Positions 13,385 through 26,401 of a stretch of DNA of 64,000 nt are shown piece by piece (position 1 is the stretch's first letter; the number at the start of each line of letters is the position of its first letter). The stretch is from Octopus vulgaris. Taxonomy: Eukaryota. The notes under the pieces were generated by a model. It made no database searches. It saw nothing but the letters and a program-made list of their open reading frames with translations, and was not told where the DNA came from. The position numbers were made by a program, and so were the translations under genes. The stretch covers positions 43,834,001 through 43,898,000 of the forward strand of contig OX597825.1 of NCBI GenBank assembly GCA_951406725.2, in the 5' to 3' direction.

Positions 13385-14264
13385 CATTATTATGGCTGCC
13401 CCCTCGTTATCGAGTATGGCCATTGCACGAAGCTTAACTGTTACTGGTGCTGTGATCGAATGTGACTTTTTAGCCCAGCTAAAGATCTACAATGTCTTGT
13501 ACAGAGTTGGCAACTAATACCTTTACCGGTAATAGCCGGCTGTAGTTGTAACTGGGCTTCATGTACCTTTGCATGTCGTTTAAGTCCTTCTGCCGAATTA
13601 CACTCTCTTCCACATGCCCAACAGATATGATTAGTATGGTGTGTTACACCACCACCAGTGGCCAGGTTGTCACTCATCTGTCTCGCTTTATGACTACGAA
13701 GATGACTCTTGAGTCCAGCTTTACTGAGGCAGGGTCTTGCACAGACATTGCATGTCAGCATCAAAGGAAGACCCTTCCCATCTGGAAGTATAACAACGAT
13801 GCCCTTCTTGACATCCCTCCTTACTTTCTCATGTGCAACTCGAGATTTCTCAAAAGTGGCTGTCCCCTCGTGCACAATCCGTCTCCACCTGCTACGATCA
13901 ATAGCTATGCCTTCCCATGTGTCAGGAGAGATGTAAGCATCCCTTAAGGATGCCAGCATCTCTTAAGGATGCCTTTAGCAAGTCCTTATACCTCTTTTTT
14001 GGTTTATGTGGAGGTCATCTGTCAGGTCACTTCCGAGTGCTATTGGTAACATGTAACCCAGTACAACCTGTTGCATGGTCGGGTCGTCGGCGACTAAACC
14101 GGCAACCCCACCAAGCTTGCTTGGTGAGGAGGGTGTTTATTGGACACCCTGCGGGATGAAAAACAAAACCCGTCAAAGGGCGGAGGAACTCTTGAGAGTC
14201 AACGGCCATCCAATAAATGTCTTAAGGTTGTATCATGCGCGGGGACATAGAAATAATCGGACTG

Positions 14265-14265
<1 letters not shown>
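13290..14265 (-). mobile_element. RTE (BovB-like) LINE derivative: ORF C-terminus with three zinc fingers, short 3' UTR, (TAA)n tail
   Basis: KPKKRYKDLLKASLRDA..ISPDTWEGIAIDRSRWRRIVHEG..FE typical of RTE C-terminus; three CxxC-x7-GLKxH motifs in ORF 13441-13959. Confidence 0.8.
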
Positions 14266-14344
<79 letters not shown>

Positions 14345-14505
14345 GATAGGGTTCTTTCAATTTCCGTCTACCGTCTACCATGTCCACTCACGAGACTTTG
14401 ATCGGCCTGGAACTATATAAGAAGATACTCACCCAAGGTATCACGCAATAGAACTGAACCTGAAACCATATGGTTGAGAAGCAAACTTCTTACCACACAA
14501 CCACA
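14345..14505 (-). mobile_element. 5' half of tRNA-SINE split by the LINE
   Basis: Reverse complement gtggttgtgtggtaagaagtttgcttctcaaccatatggtttcaggttcagt (A/B-box-like head). Confidence 0.75.
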
Positions 14506-14559
14506 AAGTTTTTTTTAATAATAAGGAAGATACTCGGTTAAAACTTGGATCAACTAGGT

Positions 14560-15479
14560 AAGAAGTTAAAAAGTAATGAAATATTTATTTTACTTCCTGC
14601 GTAAGAACTGGGAATTTCATAGCAATTTATCTACTTTCCCATAAATTATTGAGCCCATGACTAAATTTAGCTTGAGCAATTTGATTACTCGATAACTCAA
14701 TAAGGATTTCTAATGGTCTTAGCAGCAGTTGCATTTGTCCCAAATGAGTCTCCCACCCAACTTGGAATGTTCGCTTCCAGGAGATCTTTGAACTTGATTT
14801 CCATATCATTCTGCAGTTTCTTCAAGTACTCAGTGTATACTTAAATATCAACTTCTCACTGTTCCTCCTCAGCAGTGGAAAGGGTTGGAATTTGCATCGA
14901 CTCCTTTCGCGCAATATCTATCCTGAATAGATTAAGTTTTCCAAGAAATGCACTTGAAGCTTCTTTGCAAATTAAAAGATTTATAATTTTATCTTATAAC
15001 TCTTTGTTCAGCAAATTTATAGTCTCAAATATATCTGAATGTTAGAATGTCACATTTAACAACTAGAGTTTCTTCGCCAGGCTGCTTACCATTCAGAAAC
15101 ATTACAACACTGATCCAAAGCTCAAACGAAGTGACGCAGGCCTTACAAATTCACTAGATGTATGAACGTCAAGCAGTAACATCATATTTAATTCCTGCAA
15201 GACTTTCCAGGGCTAATTTGATACTTTATTCATCAACGGCAAATTTTTATCGAAGTGACAAACGAATCTTTGTGCGTGCGCGTGTGATGAGAGAACATAA
15301 GATATATAAAATATGCGTTGGGTGTGCTTTGTGTATAAATGTTAAAGAATTGCAAACAACGATAGAAAAAGTTGGGGAAGAAACAATGTGGTAGCTGTAT
15401 CGCTTCATTGAGGCTGCGGCCCCACTGAACTTGGTGATTCTCCCAACTGGGCCATATGGCCTCTGGTTGGGAAGCACTG
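14560..15479 (-). mobile_element. hAT-Charlie/Buster-type DNA transposon remnant
   Basis: Minus strand begins CAGTGCTTCCCAA (Charlie-type TIR); degenerate LFRIDIARKESMQIPTL, LQNDMEIKFKDLL..IPSWV, KFPVL segments. Confidence 0.6.
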
Positions 15480-15702
15480 TTCTGTGATATCGATTGAGGA
15501 AGGAGATTAGGTAGGCACTTTCTGAAAAGCAGTCAGCGAGTCGTAAAACCTTCCGTAAGTAGCAGCCCTCTCCTCTTTTCTCCGTGCATCGAAAGCATTA
15601 AAAGAATGTATTTATATTTTATGATACGTTATAGCAGTCAAAGCATTCTAATACTTATAATCATTTCAGTACTGCTCATTCACGCTGCATTACATCACTC
15701 CC

Positions 15703-15743
<41 letters not shown>

Positions 15744-16159
15744 GAACTTACATATATATATATATATCCATTTTGCTAGAAGAAGATCCGCTATGGTCTT
15801 ATATGCTACACCACTGGTTTTCAATCTATATTAATCAAATTAATATTCAATTTTTCACCCTTATTATGTGTGTGTGTGTGTGTATTAGCAATTCGTATAA
15901 AATTGCATCAATGACTTCAACTTGAATAAGTGGTTTCACATAAATGGGGATAAATTAAAAAGGTTTGTTGTTATTATTATTACTGTTTGACTATTGTAAT
16001 CACGTTTGTTGGTTCTTTGTCAGGGAAACGTTGTTGTGTTGCATTTGTTAAATAATTGTAAACCGTAACCCTCCCCCTTTCGGAGAAGGGGCTTTGGTTA
16101 TTGTTTAAAAATTGAATTGTGTCCCTGTTTGGGGAAATTGACAATATTTTCACCGTCTT

Positions 16160-18634
16160 TACGGAAGCATTTTCACAGCAACTATCGGACAGCACGATAT
16201 TGATAATAGATGTATTGTTCCATACTGCCCACTCCTGTCAGATTTTCAATGCCTACATCAACGTTGAGTTTTGCAACTCCGTTAATTCCATCAAATACGT
16301 TTGCAAATATGTAAACAAGAGTTCTGACGCTGCAATATTTGGACTTCAACAAGAATACTGCCAGGATGAGGTGACGCATTATCAGGTGGGACGGTACTTA
16401 AGTAGCAACGAGGCTTTCTGGCGCATCTTTGGCTTTCCAATTCACCAACGACACCCCGCCATTCAACAGCTTGCAGTGCACCTGCAAAATGGTCAAAGAG
16501 TGTACTTCACCGATGCTAATGCTTCTCTGTTGGCAGAGGAACCAAGGGATAGCACACTCACTGCATTCTTCAAGCTTTGTCAAGTGGATCCATTCGCTCA
16601 AACCTTGCTTTATCCACAGATTCCATCGTACTACACTTGGAATGGAAAAAAATGGGCCCCACGGAAAGCAGGTCAAAATGTTCATGGATACCCTGGCATT
16701 AAGTTTCACACTTGCCTTGGGCGAGTATACACAGTGCATCCCACTCAACAAGAGTGCTTCTACCTTCGTCTACTACTGCATGAGTTCAGAGGGCCAACGT
16801 CTTTCCAGGCCCTAAAAACCGTTCATGGACATGTCTGCACAACATACAGAGAAGCCTGCTATCGACAAGGTCTGTTAGAAGATGGTGCACAATGGGATGC
16901 AACTTTAGGAGAGACTGCTTTATCACAATCACCTAAAAGTCTCAGGGCACTATTTGCAGTATTACTACAGGCATGCGAACTGTGTGATCCGGCCACTCTA
17001 TGGCTCAAATATAGAAACAACCTGGCTAAAGACTTTCAACGCCAAGCTCAACTGCTCTATCCTGACATGGAGAATATCAGCAATGAAATCTATAACAAAA
17101 CACTCATTGAGAAGACAGAATTGCTAAACTGGGTGGAAATGAATTGCCGACGTATGGCCTGCCACAAGCATTCAGGTCAGAGTCAAATAGCCTTCCCACT
17201 GCTGTCATTCGTGAAACAACCTACAGCACTCAAGCGCTTTCAAAGTACATTGTTGAAAATGAGCCTAAATTACTTCCGGACCAGCTGCAGGCCTACAGAA
17301 CTATTCTTAACAGTGTACGCCAACGCGAGGGACGAATCCTCTTCCTCGATGCTCCTGGAGGGACAGGAAAAACATTTATTACAAAGCTTCTCCTTGCAGA
17401 AGTTAGGCAGCATCAGGACATTGCAGTAGCTGTAGCCTCCTCTGGCATTGCAGCTACTTTGTTACCCAGTGGCAGGACAGCACACTCAACTTTTAAACTC
17501 CTTCTCAATTCAGCAGCATCCGAAATGCCTTCATGCAACATCAACAAAAGCTCAGATCAGGGACAAGTACTTAAAATGTGTCATCTAATTGCCTGGGATG
17601 AGTGCACTATGGCTCATAAGGGAGCTTTGGAAGCATTAGGTAGAGCCCTGAAAGACATCCGAGACTGTCAGGCTCCAATGGGAGGTGTAACGCTTCTGTG
17701 GTCAGGTGATTTCAGGCAAATTCTTCCTGTCATTCCGAAAGGCACTAGAGCAGATGAAGTCCAAGCATGCCTAAAGTCCTCTACCCTGTGGCATCATGTT
17801 ACAATCCTCAGTCTCACCACTAACATAAGAGCTCAGCTACACGGCGACAAAATGTCCACAAAGTTTGCACAGGACATTTTGACACTTGGTGAAGGCAAGA
17901 TGCCTCTCGATGCTGCAGGACAAATGGAAGTGTGGTCGTTTTCCTCTGTTGTTAATTCTGTAGATGACCTCAAAAACAAAGTCTTTCCCAACTTCACACA
18001 AAACTACCAAAATCACAATTGGCTGTGTGAAAGAGCAATATTAGCTCCAAAAAATGTCGCTGTTAACAAAATTAATCAACAGCTAATGCATTCTCTTCCC
18101 GGCACTATACACTCTTACAAGTCTGTTGATACAATTCCAGATATAAATGAAGTTGTGAACTATCCTCCTGAATTTCCCAATTCACTGGAGCCTCCTGGAC
18201 TACTTCCACACATATTAGCACTTAAAGTTGGAACTCCTGTAATGCTACTCCGCAATCTGGAACCACCAAGACTTTGCAATGGAACACGACTGATGATAAA
18301 GAAAATGATGTCACACGTTATCGAGGCGATCATTCTTTCTGGATGTGGAAAAGGTGATGACGTCTTTATTCCAAGAATTCCTCTTACTCCATCAGGAGCA
18401 GAAATTCCATTTACATTCAGAAGACTGCAATTCCCCCTTCGTGTCAGCTTTGCCATGTCCATTAACAAATCTCAGGGTCAAACCCTCTCTGTAGCTGGTC
18501 TTCTCTTGGAAGAGCCCTGCTTCTCGCATGGGCAACTGTATGTTGGCTGCTCAAGAGTAGGAACCAAAAGAAACCTTTTTGTATATGCTCCACAAGGAAA
18601 AACAAGGAACATTGTTTACAACGAGGTGTTATAA
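16160..18634 (+). pseudogene. Helitron RepHel (Rep C-terminal part + Pif1-family SF1B helicase), frameshifted
   Basis: IDNRCIVPYCPLL / FNAYINVEFCNSVNSIKYVCKYVNK (Rep motif 3); APGGTGKT Walker A, WDEC Walker B, GDFRQILPV, QFPLRVSFAMSINKSQGQTL, FSHGQLYVGCSRV; frameshifts near 16240 and 17110. Confidence 0.93.
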
Positions 18635-18820
18635 TCTCAACAACCAGGAGGTATATACATGATCCCCTTTTATTTTAACAAACTTCATGTACTTTCATGT
18701 ATTTATATTAATATACATATATATGTATGTGTGTGTGTGCGTGTGTATCCATATATATGTAAGACAAAAGTCTAATTCTTCAAGTGAATGTAACCGGGCA
18801 ACGCCGGGTATCTCTGCTAG
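16160..18820 (+). mobile_element. 5'-truncated Helitron with RepHel coding remnant and intact 3' end
   Basis: Rep and helicase motifs; 3' hairpin ccgggcaacgccgg followed by CTAG|T at 18817-18821. Confidence 0.95.
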
Positions 18821-19110
18821 TATATATATAAAACTGAGAATGTGTGTCTGTCTGTCTGTGTGAATCCCTAAAACTTGAGAACTACACAACGAATTTCATT
18901 CAAATTTTACACATGCCTTACTTGGGGTCCATGTAGTGTCATGGGCAAAAAAAGTTTTAACTTCTTGCCTAGGGCGAGCCCACAGCAATATATCTTCTCC
19001 ACTATTTCAATATTACATGTTAAAAGTGAAACAAAAACATCTCCCTGTTGTAATGTCAGATGCTTTCACTTTAACACTTTCACTTTAATACTGAAACTAT
19101 TATATAAGAA
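18821..19110 (+). mobile_element. Helitron 5'-end-like segment directly abutting the preceding 3' end
   Basis: tatatatataaaactgagaatgtgtgtctgtctgtc...caaattttac resembles the heads at 56056 and 47962. Confidence 0.55.
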
Positions 19111-19115
19111 CTGTT

Positions 19116-19350
19116 AGTGGACATCCATTTTGCTAGAAGAAGATCCGCTATGGTCTTACCACTAACAAAGGAATGGTAAAACCATAGTGGATATTCTTCT
19201 AGCATAATGGATGTCCACTTACAGGTCATCCCTCTTATATGTATGTAATATAATATTTTCTGAAACTTCAGACTTTTCAATATGCTACACCACTGGTTTT
19301 AAATTGATATTAATCAAATTAATATTCAATTTTCCACCCTAATTATTTTA
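19116..19350. repeat. Hairpin-containing interspersed repeat (related copies 15766-15866, 24455-24850)
   Basis: 45-bp arms agtggacatccattttgctagaagaagatccgctatggtcttacc / ggtaaaaccatagtggatattcttctagcataatggatgtccact (19116-19219). Confidence 0.75.
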
Positions 19351-19356
19351 AATTTA

Positions 19357-19408
<52 letters not shown>

Positions 19409-19829
19409 CAATGACGAAGAGAGGGCTCTTAGTAGCTAACTCTGAAATCGGTCATCACTGCTTCACAACTGCTATTCATTTATTTACAGCCCCATAAATT
19501 ACTGGTTTCACATGAAGAAACTGATAGAATAAGTACCAGGCTTATCAAAATATAAAAAAAAAACACTAGACAGTGTCTCATATTTTTGTTTGCCCACTCA
19601 GTGGTATGTGCAATATGTTTGGTTTGAATTTCAGAATTTTCGATGTTGATGAAATTTCAACCATGGGTAATTGACACACATTAAGAAGTATTCTCAAAGT
19701 TTCCACTTCACATGAGGATTCTAAGACACTCTAATGGGGGCCTTAACTAATTCCTCATCGCTATTAGATGCTGATGTTGCTATTTATATCTATATACTTC
19801 AAAAATAAACATTCTTCTCAAGTTCTAAG

Positions 19830-20050
19830 GACTCAAAAGGGCCGTATTCCTGGTTTCCGTGATGTATATATATTTACCCACTGGACGAGACGCCGGTCCG
19901 TCGTAGGATTGCTCATTTTTGACAGCTGAGTGGACTGGAGCAACGTGAACTGAAATGTTTTGCTCAAGAACACTCATCGCCCGGTCCAGGGATCCAAACC
20001 ACAATCTTAACGATCATGAGTCCAACACCTTAGCCACTAGGCTACACGCC
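19830..20050 (-). mobile_element. tRNA-derived SINE, V-SINE-like domain
   Basis: tRNA-like head, ttgagcaaaacatttca, ctccagtccactcagctg, cctacgacggaccggcgtctcgtccag; related to 28665 and 41448. Confidence 0.7.
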
Positions 20051-20315
20051 TTCCCTTACATACGCACACACACATACATGGGTGAGTATATCTAATTGTG
20101 TTTGACTCTAAATTGAGTTAAAGGGTGCCTCTATGTGGCCATTTGCTCTGCAAGAAATAACTGTTAAAAGAAAGTGACATTGGAAAATGAAATCTGAGAC
20201 TGAGTCTTAATAAAAGACATGATTATTCATGATTAGGATACCTATAGTTATAGGTATGCTTTATTACAGCTGATTTGAACAATAAAAATACAAGATACAC
20301 ACACACACACACACA

Positions 20316-20346
<31 letters not shown>

Positions 20347-20845
20347 CACCACACACACACACATACACACACACACACATACTCATATACATACATTAAC
20401 ATATATACATTTCAAAATGGTAAATATAAAATCTTCAACTACACTTTACTATATACGCGCTAACTTACAAAAACACACCCATGCATACAGATACACAGGC
20501 ACACACGCCCACATACCAGAAACAGCCCCACCACCACTCGCATATATAGACCTACACACATACACACATACTGCAATATACTGTTACACCAATACAGTTA
20601 ACTGACACTAACATATTCTTATACATACTCACATATACGCTCATAGATCTGCAGTGTTAAGCAATGTTCAGACTGTCTGTCTGTACATAAGGGTAGAAGA
20701 ATACAGACAACGTAGATTTCGGGTGACTCATCGTTGCACAATGTAATTCTGGTAAATGAAATTGCTACCATTTATACATGTCCTTCAGTATGTTAATGTA
20801 CGTATGTGAGTGTTCATACACATACATACATGCATACATACATAA

Positions 20846-20895
<50 letters not shown>

Positions 20896-20904
20896 TTGTG
20901 TGTA

Positions 20905-20964
<60 letters not shown>

Positions 20965-21643
20965 TACGTGTGTATATAAGTGTGCATGCGTGTGTGCGCG
21001 CGCGATGTGAGTGTGTATGTGTGCATGTATTTGTATGTTCTTTTGAAGTTTCCGTTGTTGCAGATAGTTCTTCTTCGGGCAAAGTGTGGTGGGAAGAAAG
21101 AAGCTAATATAGGCAAATATGCGGTAGAGATATATGAACGAAAAGAGTTCGGTACTGCTTAAACAAGAAGGAATGGTCATTTTAAGCAAGAGAGGGCTGT
21201 TGCTTTTGAACAGGTTAGTGACCGTAACAGGAAGTATGTCAACACTACTATTCACACTCATACAAACACGCAACAGTACGAACATAAACACAGATATGGA
21301 TATTAGAATAACAGATATACACATACATGTATGAGAGGTGGTGGGGTTACACATACATACCGCCTGTGATACCAGCTTGCCTATATGCACGTGTGCACTT
21401 GCACACACTCATTAGTATTAAAAAGTATGATAAGAAAAAAATGCTCGCTTTACAACTACGAAGTTCCAGGTTCAGTACTTCTGCGCTGCACTTTGAGCAA
21501 GGGCCTACTGCTATATGCCTGGCCTGAATAATGATGCCTTGTGAGTGAATTTGATAGTTGGAAACTGTGTAGATGCCTGTCGCTCGCACGCACTCACACA
21601 TACACACACACGCATGCATGTATGTATATATATATATATATAT

Positions 21644-21705
<62 letters not shown>

Positions 21706-21712
21706 GCACACA

Positions 21713-21742
<30 letters not shown>

Positions 21743-21743
<1 letters not shown>

Positions 21744-22945
21744 TAGCTGAATGACACGGCGTTGCCCGGTTTACTGCTGTTGTGCCTATTCAGATTAGTA
21801 AACTATAAATATGAAGATATATTATTTTTCTCATAATTATTTTAAAATATCGATATTTCATTTTTAAAAATCCAAATTGTAATTCCAATAGAAATTAGAA
21901 CTGAAAATCTGTCACTCTTGAAGCACCTCAGGGTAGACAATATTCACTGTGTAATTTTTTGTTGGTGTCCAAATGAATTAATTGTTGCTGCTTGCAACTC
22001 GAGAGCAAGCAACATAGAGTTGACCGTGGGTGAAGCATATAGTAGAGAGATCAAGTCCAACTATCTTGAGAGGTTGAGTCTGAGATTTTTTGATTGAAAT
22101 AGAAAAACTTACTTTGACTGGAAACTGAAGCCCCTTACATTCAAATGTAACATCTGTAGGTATGAGAGGATTTTTTGGAAGAAAACCATCTCCTTTATGA
22201 CTACCTGTTATGATTGTTACCTGTAGGACATGGGGCTTCATGGAAGTAATAATTAAGCGAGTTCCATTACACAGGCGAGGTGGGTCAAGATTCCTTAGCA
22301 ACATAATAGGGGTACCCAGCTTTAGTGTAGGTGTGTGTGTGTGTGTACTTAATAACGTACCTAATGAACGCGCAAACACATACACACTCACAGACACACA
22401 CACACACTCACAGACACATACACACACATCTACAAAATGTGACGACATCCACATACATATAGTAAGACAGACACGCACAAACATACATATCTTGACACCT
22501 CATTATTTTTGTCAGTCGTCACATATGTATATGTATGTGTATATGTGTGTGTATGTCGGAAATACACGCATAGCTTTTCACTTCATTTCTTTTGTCAGTC
22601 GTCACATATGTATATGTATGTGTAGATGTGTGTATGTGTTTAATAACTACCTAACGCAGAAACACACACACACTCACAGATATATACCACCCATAATACA
22701 CGCACATACATACACTCACAGACACATACACACTCATATACAAAATGTGACGTCGTCGTCGTCGTATAAAATGTCGTGTATAGTTTAGTATAGAAAAATA
22801 ATTATCTCTATAATGTTATATCGTTTTAATGCAAATGAAGAAAAAAATTACATTTTGACACTCGCGGGGTGTAATATTATTACCTTGTAAAATTTTATTT
22901 GGTCGAGCCGTTTGAGAATGCATAGGGAACAGACAGACAGACAAA
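21743..22945 (-). mobile_element. Non-autonomous Helitron with Pif1 helicase C-terminal remnant
   Basis: LKLGTPIMLLRNLDPPRLCNGTRL..QFPVKVSF..HGQLYVACSRV (21978-22325); hairpin ccgggcaacgccgt + CTAG|T at 21743; 5'-type ctgtctgttccctatgcattctcaaac at ~22910-22942. Confidence 0.88.
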
Positions 22946-22999
22946 TAATTTATTTAGAGATGACGGACTAACCGTCGAAGACGACGTATAGGTTTTCAG

Positions 23000-23535
23000 C
23001 GTAAGTAGGTTGTTTCAGGGAAGTAGGTTGTTTCCAACCGCATGGTTCTGGCTTAAGTCCCACAGCGTTGCACCTTTGGCAAGTATCTTCTGCTATAGCC
23101 CTGGGCTGACCAAAGCTTTGTGAGCACATTTGGTAAAAGGAAACTAAAAGAAGCCCGTCTTATATATACGTATATGTGCGTGTGTGTATATATGTGTGTA
23201 TGTGTGTGTATGTCTGTGTCTGTGTTTGTCCTATCAGAGCTTGACAATTGGTGTTGGTGTGTTTAGGTCCCCGTAACTTAGTGGTTCGTCAAATGACATA
23301 GATAGAATAAGCACTAGGCTTACAAAGTAGTAAATCCTGGGATCGATTTGTTCGACTAAAACCCTTCAAGACGGTGTTCTAGCATGGCCGCAGTCAAATG
23401 ACTGAAACAAGTGGCTGTGTAGTAGAAACTTGCTTCCCAACCACATGATTCCCAGTTCAGTCCCACTGCGTGACACCTTGTACAAGTATCTTCTACTACA
23501 GCCCCAGACCGACCAAAGCCTTGTAAGTAGATTTA
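23000..23535 (+). mobile_element. tRNA-SINE plus second tandem SINE head
   Basis: Homology to 32273-32680; second head starts 23411. Confidence 0.8.
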
Positions 23536-23536
23536 C

Positions 23537-23567
<31 letters not shown>

Positions 23568-23568
<1 letters not shown>

Positions 23569-23870
23569 CAGTACTTGGAGAAGAAGAAGAACGGAACGAA
23601 ACGAACGAATCGAATCGAATCGACGCGAGGGCGCTGTCAAACAATAGTGTAATAAATAAAATATATGCATAGATACAAACATATATGTACGTACCTACAT
23701 CTACATGTACATATACATGCATATATAAATATATACGTAAGTACAGGACACCACAACTAGACGTAGAACTCAACGAGAAACGAAAACGGAAAAACAAGCA
23801 TGGAACAAACCATTTAAATACATGTACAATAAAATACAATACGAGAAATAAAAATAAACAAGAAAACAAA
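23568..23870 (-). repeat. Interspersed repeat, inverted relative to 25710-26022 (related to 61085 and 61886)
   Basis: gtacttggagaagaaga..gaatcgaatcgacgcgagggcgc..caggacaccacaa mirrored at 25768-26022. Confidence 0.75.
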
Positions 23871-23924
23871 CGAAAAGGCCTTTTTCTGGCTTAGACGGAG
23901 GAGATTCTGGCAGCGCAAGGGAAA

Positions 23925-23978
<54 letters not shown>

Positions 23979-24078
23979 GAGAGTATGGTGTGTATATAAA
24001 TATATATATATTTATATATATATATATATATGTATGTATGGGTTTGTGTGTGTGAGTGGATTTACATATATATATATA

Positions 24079-24333
24079 AATGCGAGTAGGGTGTTAGGAA
24101 ACACCTACATTGCTAGAAATAAGAGCTAAACCGGTCTAATGATGGAGTTAACGCACATGAAGAAAAACATATACTAACATGGACCGTAATAGTCCGAAAA
24201 GATCGGCACTTTTCGGGTGATTGTGGCCCCTATTAGTGTATATCTTTTCATTAATGTGCGTTAACAACAACATTAGAGCGGTTTAGCTCTTATTTCTGGC
24301 AGTGTAGGTGTTTTCTAACACCCTAGTCGTATT
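24079..24333. repeat. Diverged fold-back, ~120-bp arms
   Basis: tagggtgttaggaaacacctacattgctagaaataagagctaaaccg vs cggtttagctcttatttctggcagtgtaggtgttttctaacacccta. Confidence 0.8.
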
Positions 24334-24414
24334 CAGTGACATTTGTAATTCTCTTTTTTGCTGAAACATTGCAAACTGTTGTTTATATTAATTTTATATA
24401 CATACATACATACA

Positions 24415-24447
<33 letters not shown>

Positions 24448-24911
24448 TATATACATATAAGTAGGATCACCACTAAGTGGACATCCATTATGCTAGAGGT
24501 AGACCCCATATGGTCTGACCATTAAGAAAAGATTGACGTCATAGCAAAATATAATTTGCAGAGACTATACACGAGACGTTCACGTGAGATTGAACATCCA
24601 TATAGTTCTACCAATTACATTTGGGGCTATATTTCAAAAGTCTTCGTTTTGGCGTGCCAAAATACCGGAAATAATTCTGCAGAAAATAATTCTCTGCAGT
24701 GAATTTTGCTGGTTAGAGAACATGGTTATTTAAATTTAAATAATAAGGGTGAAAATTGAATATTAATTTCATTAATATCAATTTAAAACCGATGGCCTAG
24801 CATATTGAAAAATCTGAAGATTCAGAAAATTTATATTATATACATATATACACATATATACGACAGTTCCCATGTACGAAATTCACTCACAAGGCTTTGG
24901 TCGGCCTGAGG

Positions 24912-24964
<53 letters not shown>

Positions 24965-25049
24965 TATGTATACATATATATATATATATATACATAAATA
25001 TACATTCATATATATACACACAGACAGACAGAATTTCGTTTTTATTATA

Positions 25050-25084
<35 letters not shown>

Positions 25085-25692
25085 CAGGGTGTGGTGAATA
25101 AATTGTCATCTAAAAGGCATTTGTAGTCTATGGAGTTAGGTGGCCAGATGTTAGAGGTGGTGTGGTCGCAGAAATTGTCTGACAGCCATGACTGGATTTC
25201 CTTGCTTGTGTGGCACAGTGCAGAGTCCCATTACCAGACATACGGCTTTCCAGCAGCCACCCTCTTGATCCAAGGAAGCATTACCTCCTCCAGGCACTTG
25301 ACGTAAGACTCTGTATCCTGTCTGAGGCCGTGTGGGAAGATATATGAAGGCACAATGTCGCTTTCACTAGTGATCACACCAAACTCTGATGTCAACTAGA
25401 TGTTTGATTTTTATCACTCTCGGTACAATTTTTGGGTCAATCTGTCCTCAGATTGACACCCAAACACTCTGAAATGTTCGTACTAGAGTATCCGGCGCGA
25501 ATGCCAAGCAGTACAACATAAAGGTTCCAAATTTCTGGCAGAGTGAATTGCGTCAAGGTACTATTTCTCTTTCTCTCATAGATGGTGCCCAACTGACCCA
25601 ACTATACTGTGCAGTGGAAACAATCAAAAAGAAACAGGCGCATGCGCGAAATTAAAAATATAAAATGGCGACAATTTACCCATTGCAACCTG
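25085..25692 (-). mobile_element. Internally deleted maT (DD37D) copy
   Basis: TA|CAGGGTGTGGTGAATAAAT ... CAACCTG|TA; homologous to 1853-3055; retains KPYVW*WDSALCHTSKEIQSWLSDN. Confidence 0.85.
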
Positions 25693-26043
25693 TATATATA
25701 TATACAGGGACAGCTGATGAAGGGGATTTTTCCTTGTGTAGTTTGTCTTGTACTCTGTTTTTTCGTTGTAAAAAAATGGTCCGTTCCATGCTTGTTTTTA
25801 CGTTTTCGTTTCTCGTTGAGTTCTACGTCTATTTGTGGTGTCCTGTACTCACGTATTAATATTTATATATGCATGTATATATACATGTAGATGTAGGTAC
25901 GTACATATATGTATGTATGTATATATATGTTTTATTCATTACACTATTGTATGACTGAGCGCCCTCGCGTTGATTCGATTCGATTCGTTTCGTTTCGTTT
26001 CGTTTCTTCTTCTCCAAGTACAGTTTATATATAAATATATGTA

Positions 26044-26088
<45 letters not shown>

Positions 26089-26089
26089 C

Positions 26090-26331
26090 TTTTTTATTCT
26101 TTTACTTGTTTCTGTCATTTGACTGCGGTATGCTGGAGCACCGCCTTTTAGTCAAAGAAATAGACCCCAGGACTTATTCTTTGTGAGCCCGGTACTTATT
26201 TTATCGGTTTCTTTTGCCGAACCGCTAAGTTACAGGGACGTAAACACACGTACATCGGTTGTCACGCGATTGTGGAGGGACAAACAGACACAGAGATATA
26301 TAAATTCACACACACACTTACACACATAAAT

Positions 26332-26401
<70 letters not shown>

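Noticed and set aside
13441-13959. Host C2H2 zinc-finger gene
   Set aside because: Continuous with RTE C-terminal motifs and followed by a (TAA)n tail inside a SINE
15980-16155. Extension of RepHel ORF 16119 upstream, or minus-strand ORF
   Set aside because: Helitron homology begins near 16160; upstream peptides show no recognisable motif
17144-18634. Cellular PIF1 gene
   Set aside because: Intronless, fused to Helitron Rep motifs, frameshifted, ends at a Helitron hairpin-CTAG
25713-25735. Isolated CTGATGAAGGG cores (also 40878-40888 minus, 61878 CTGAAGA)
   Set aside because: No matching stem II-GAAA-stem III found downstream, so not called as ribozymes
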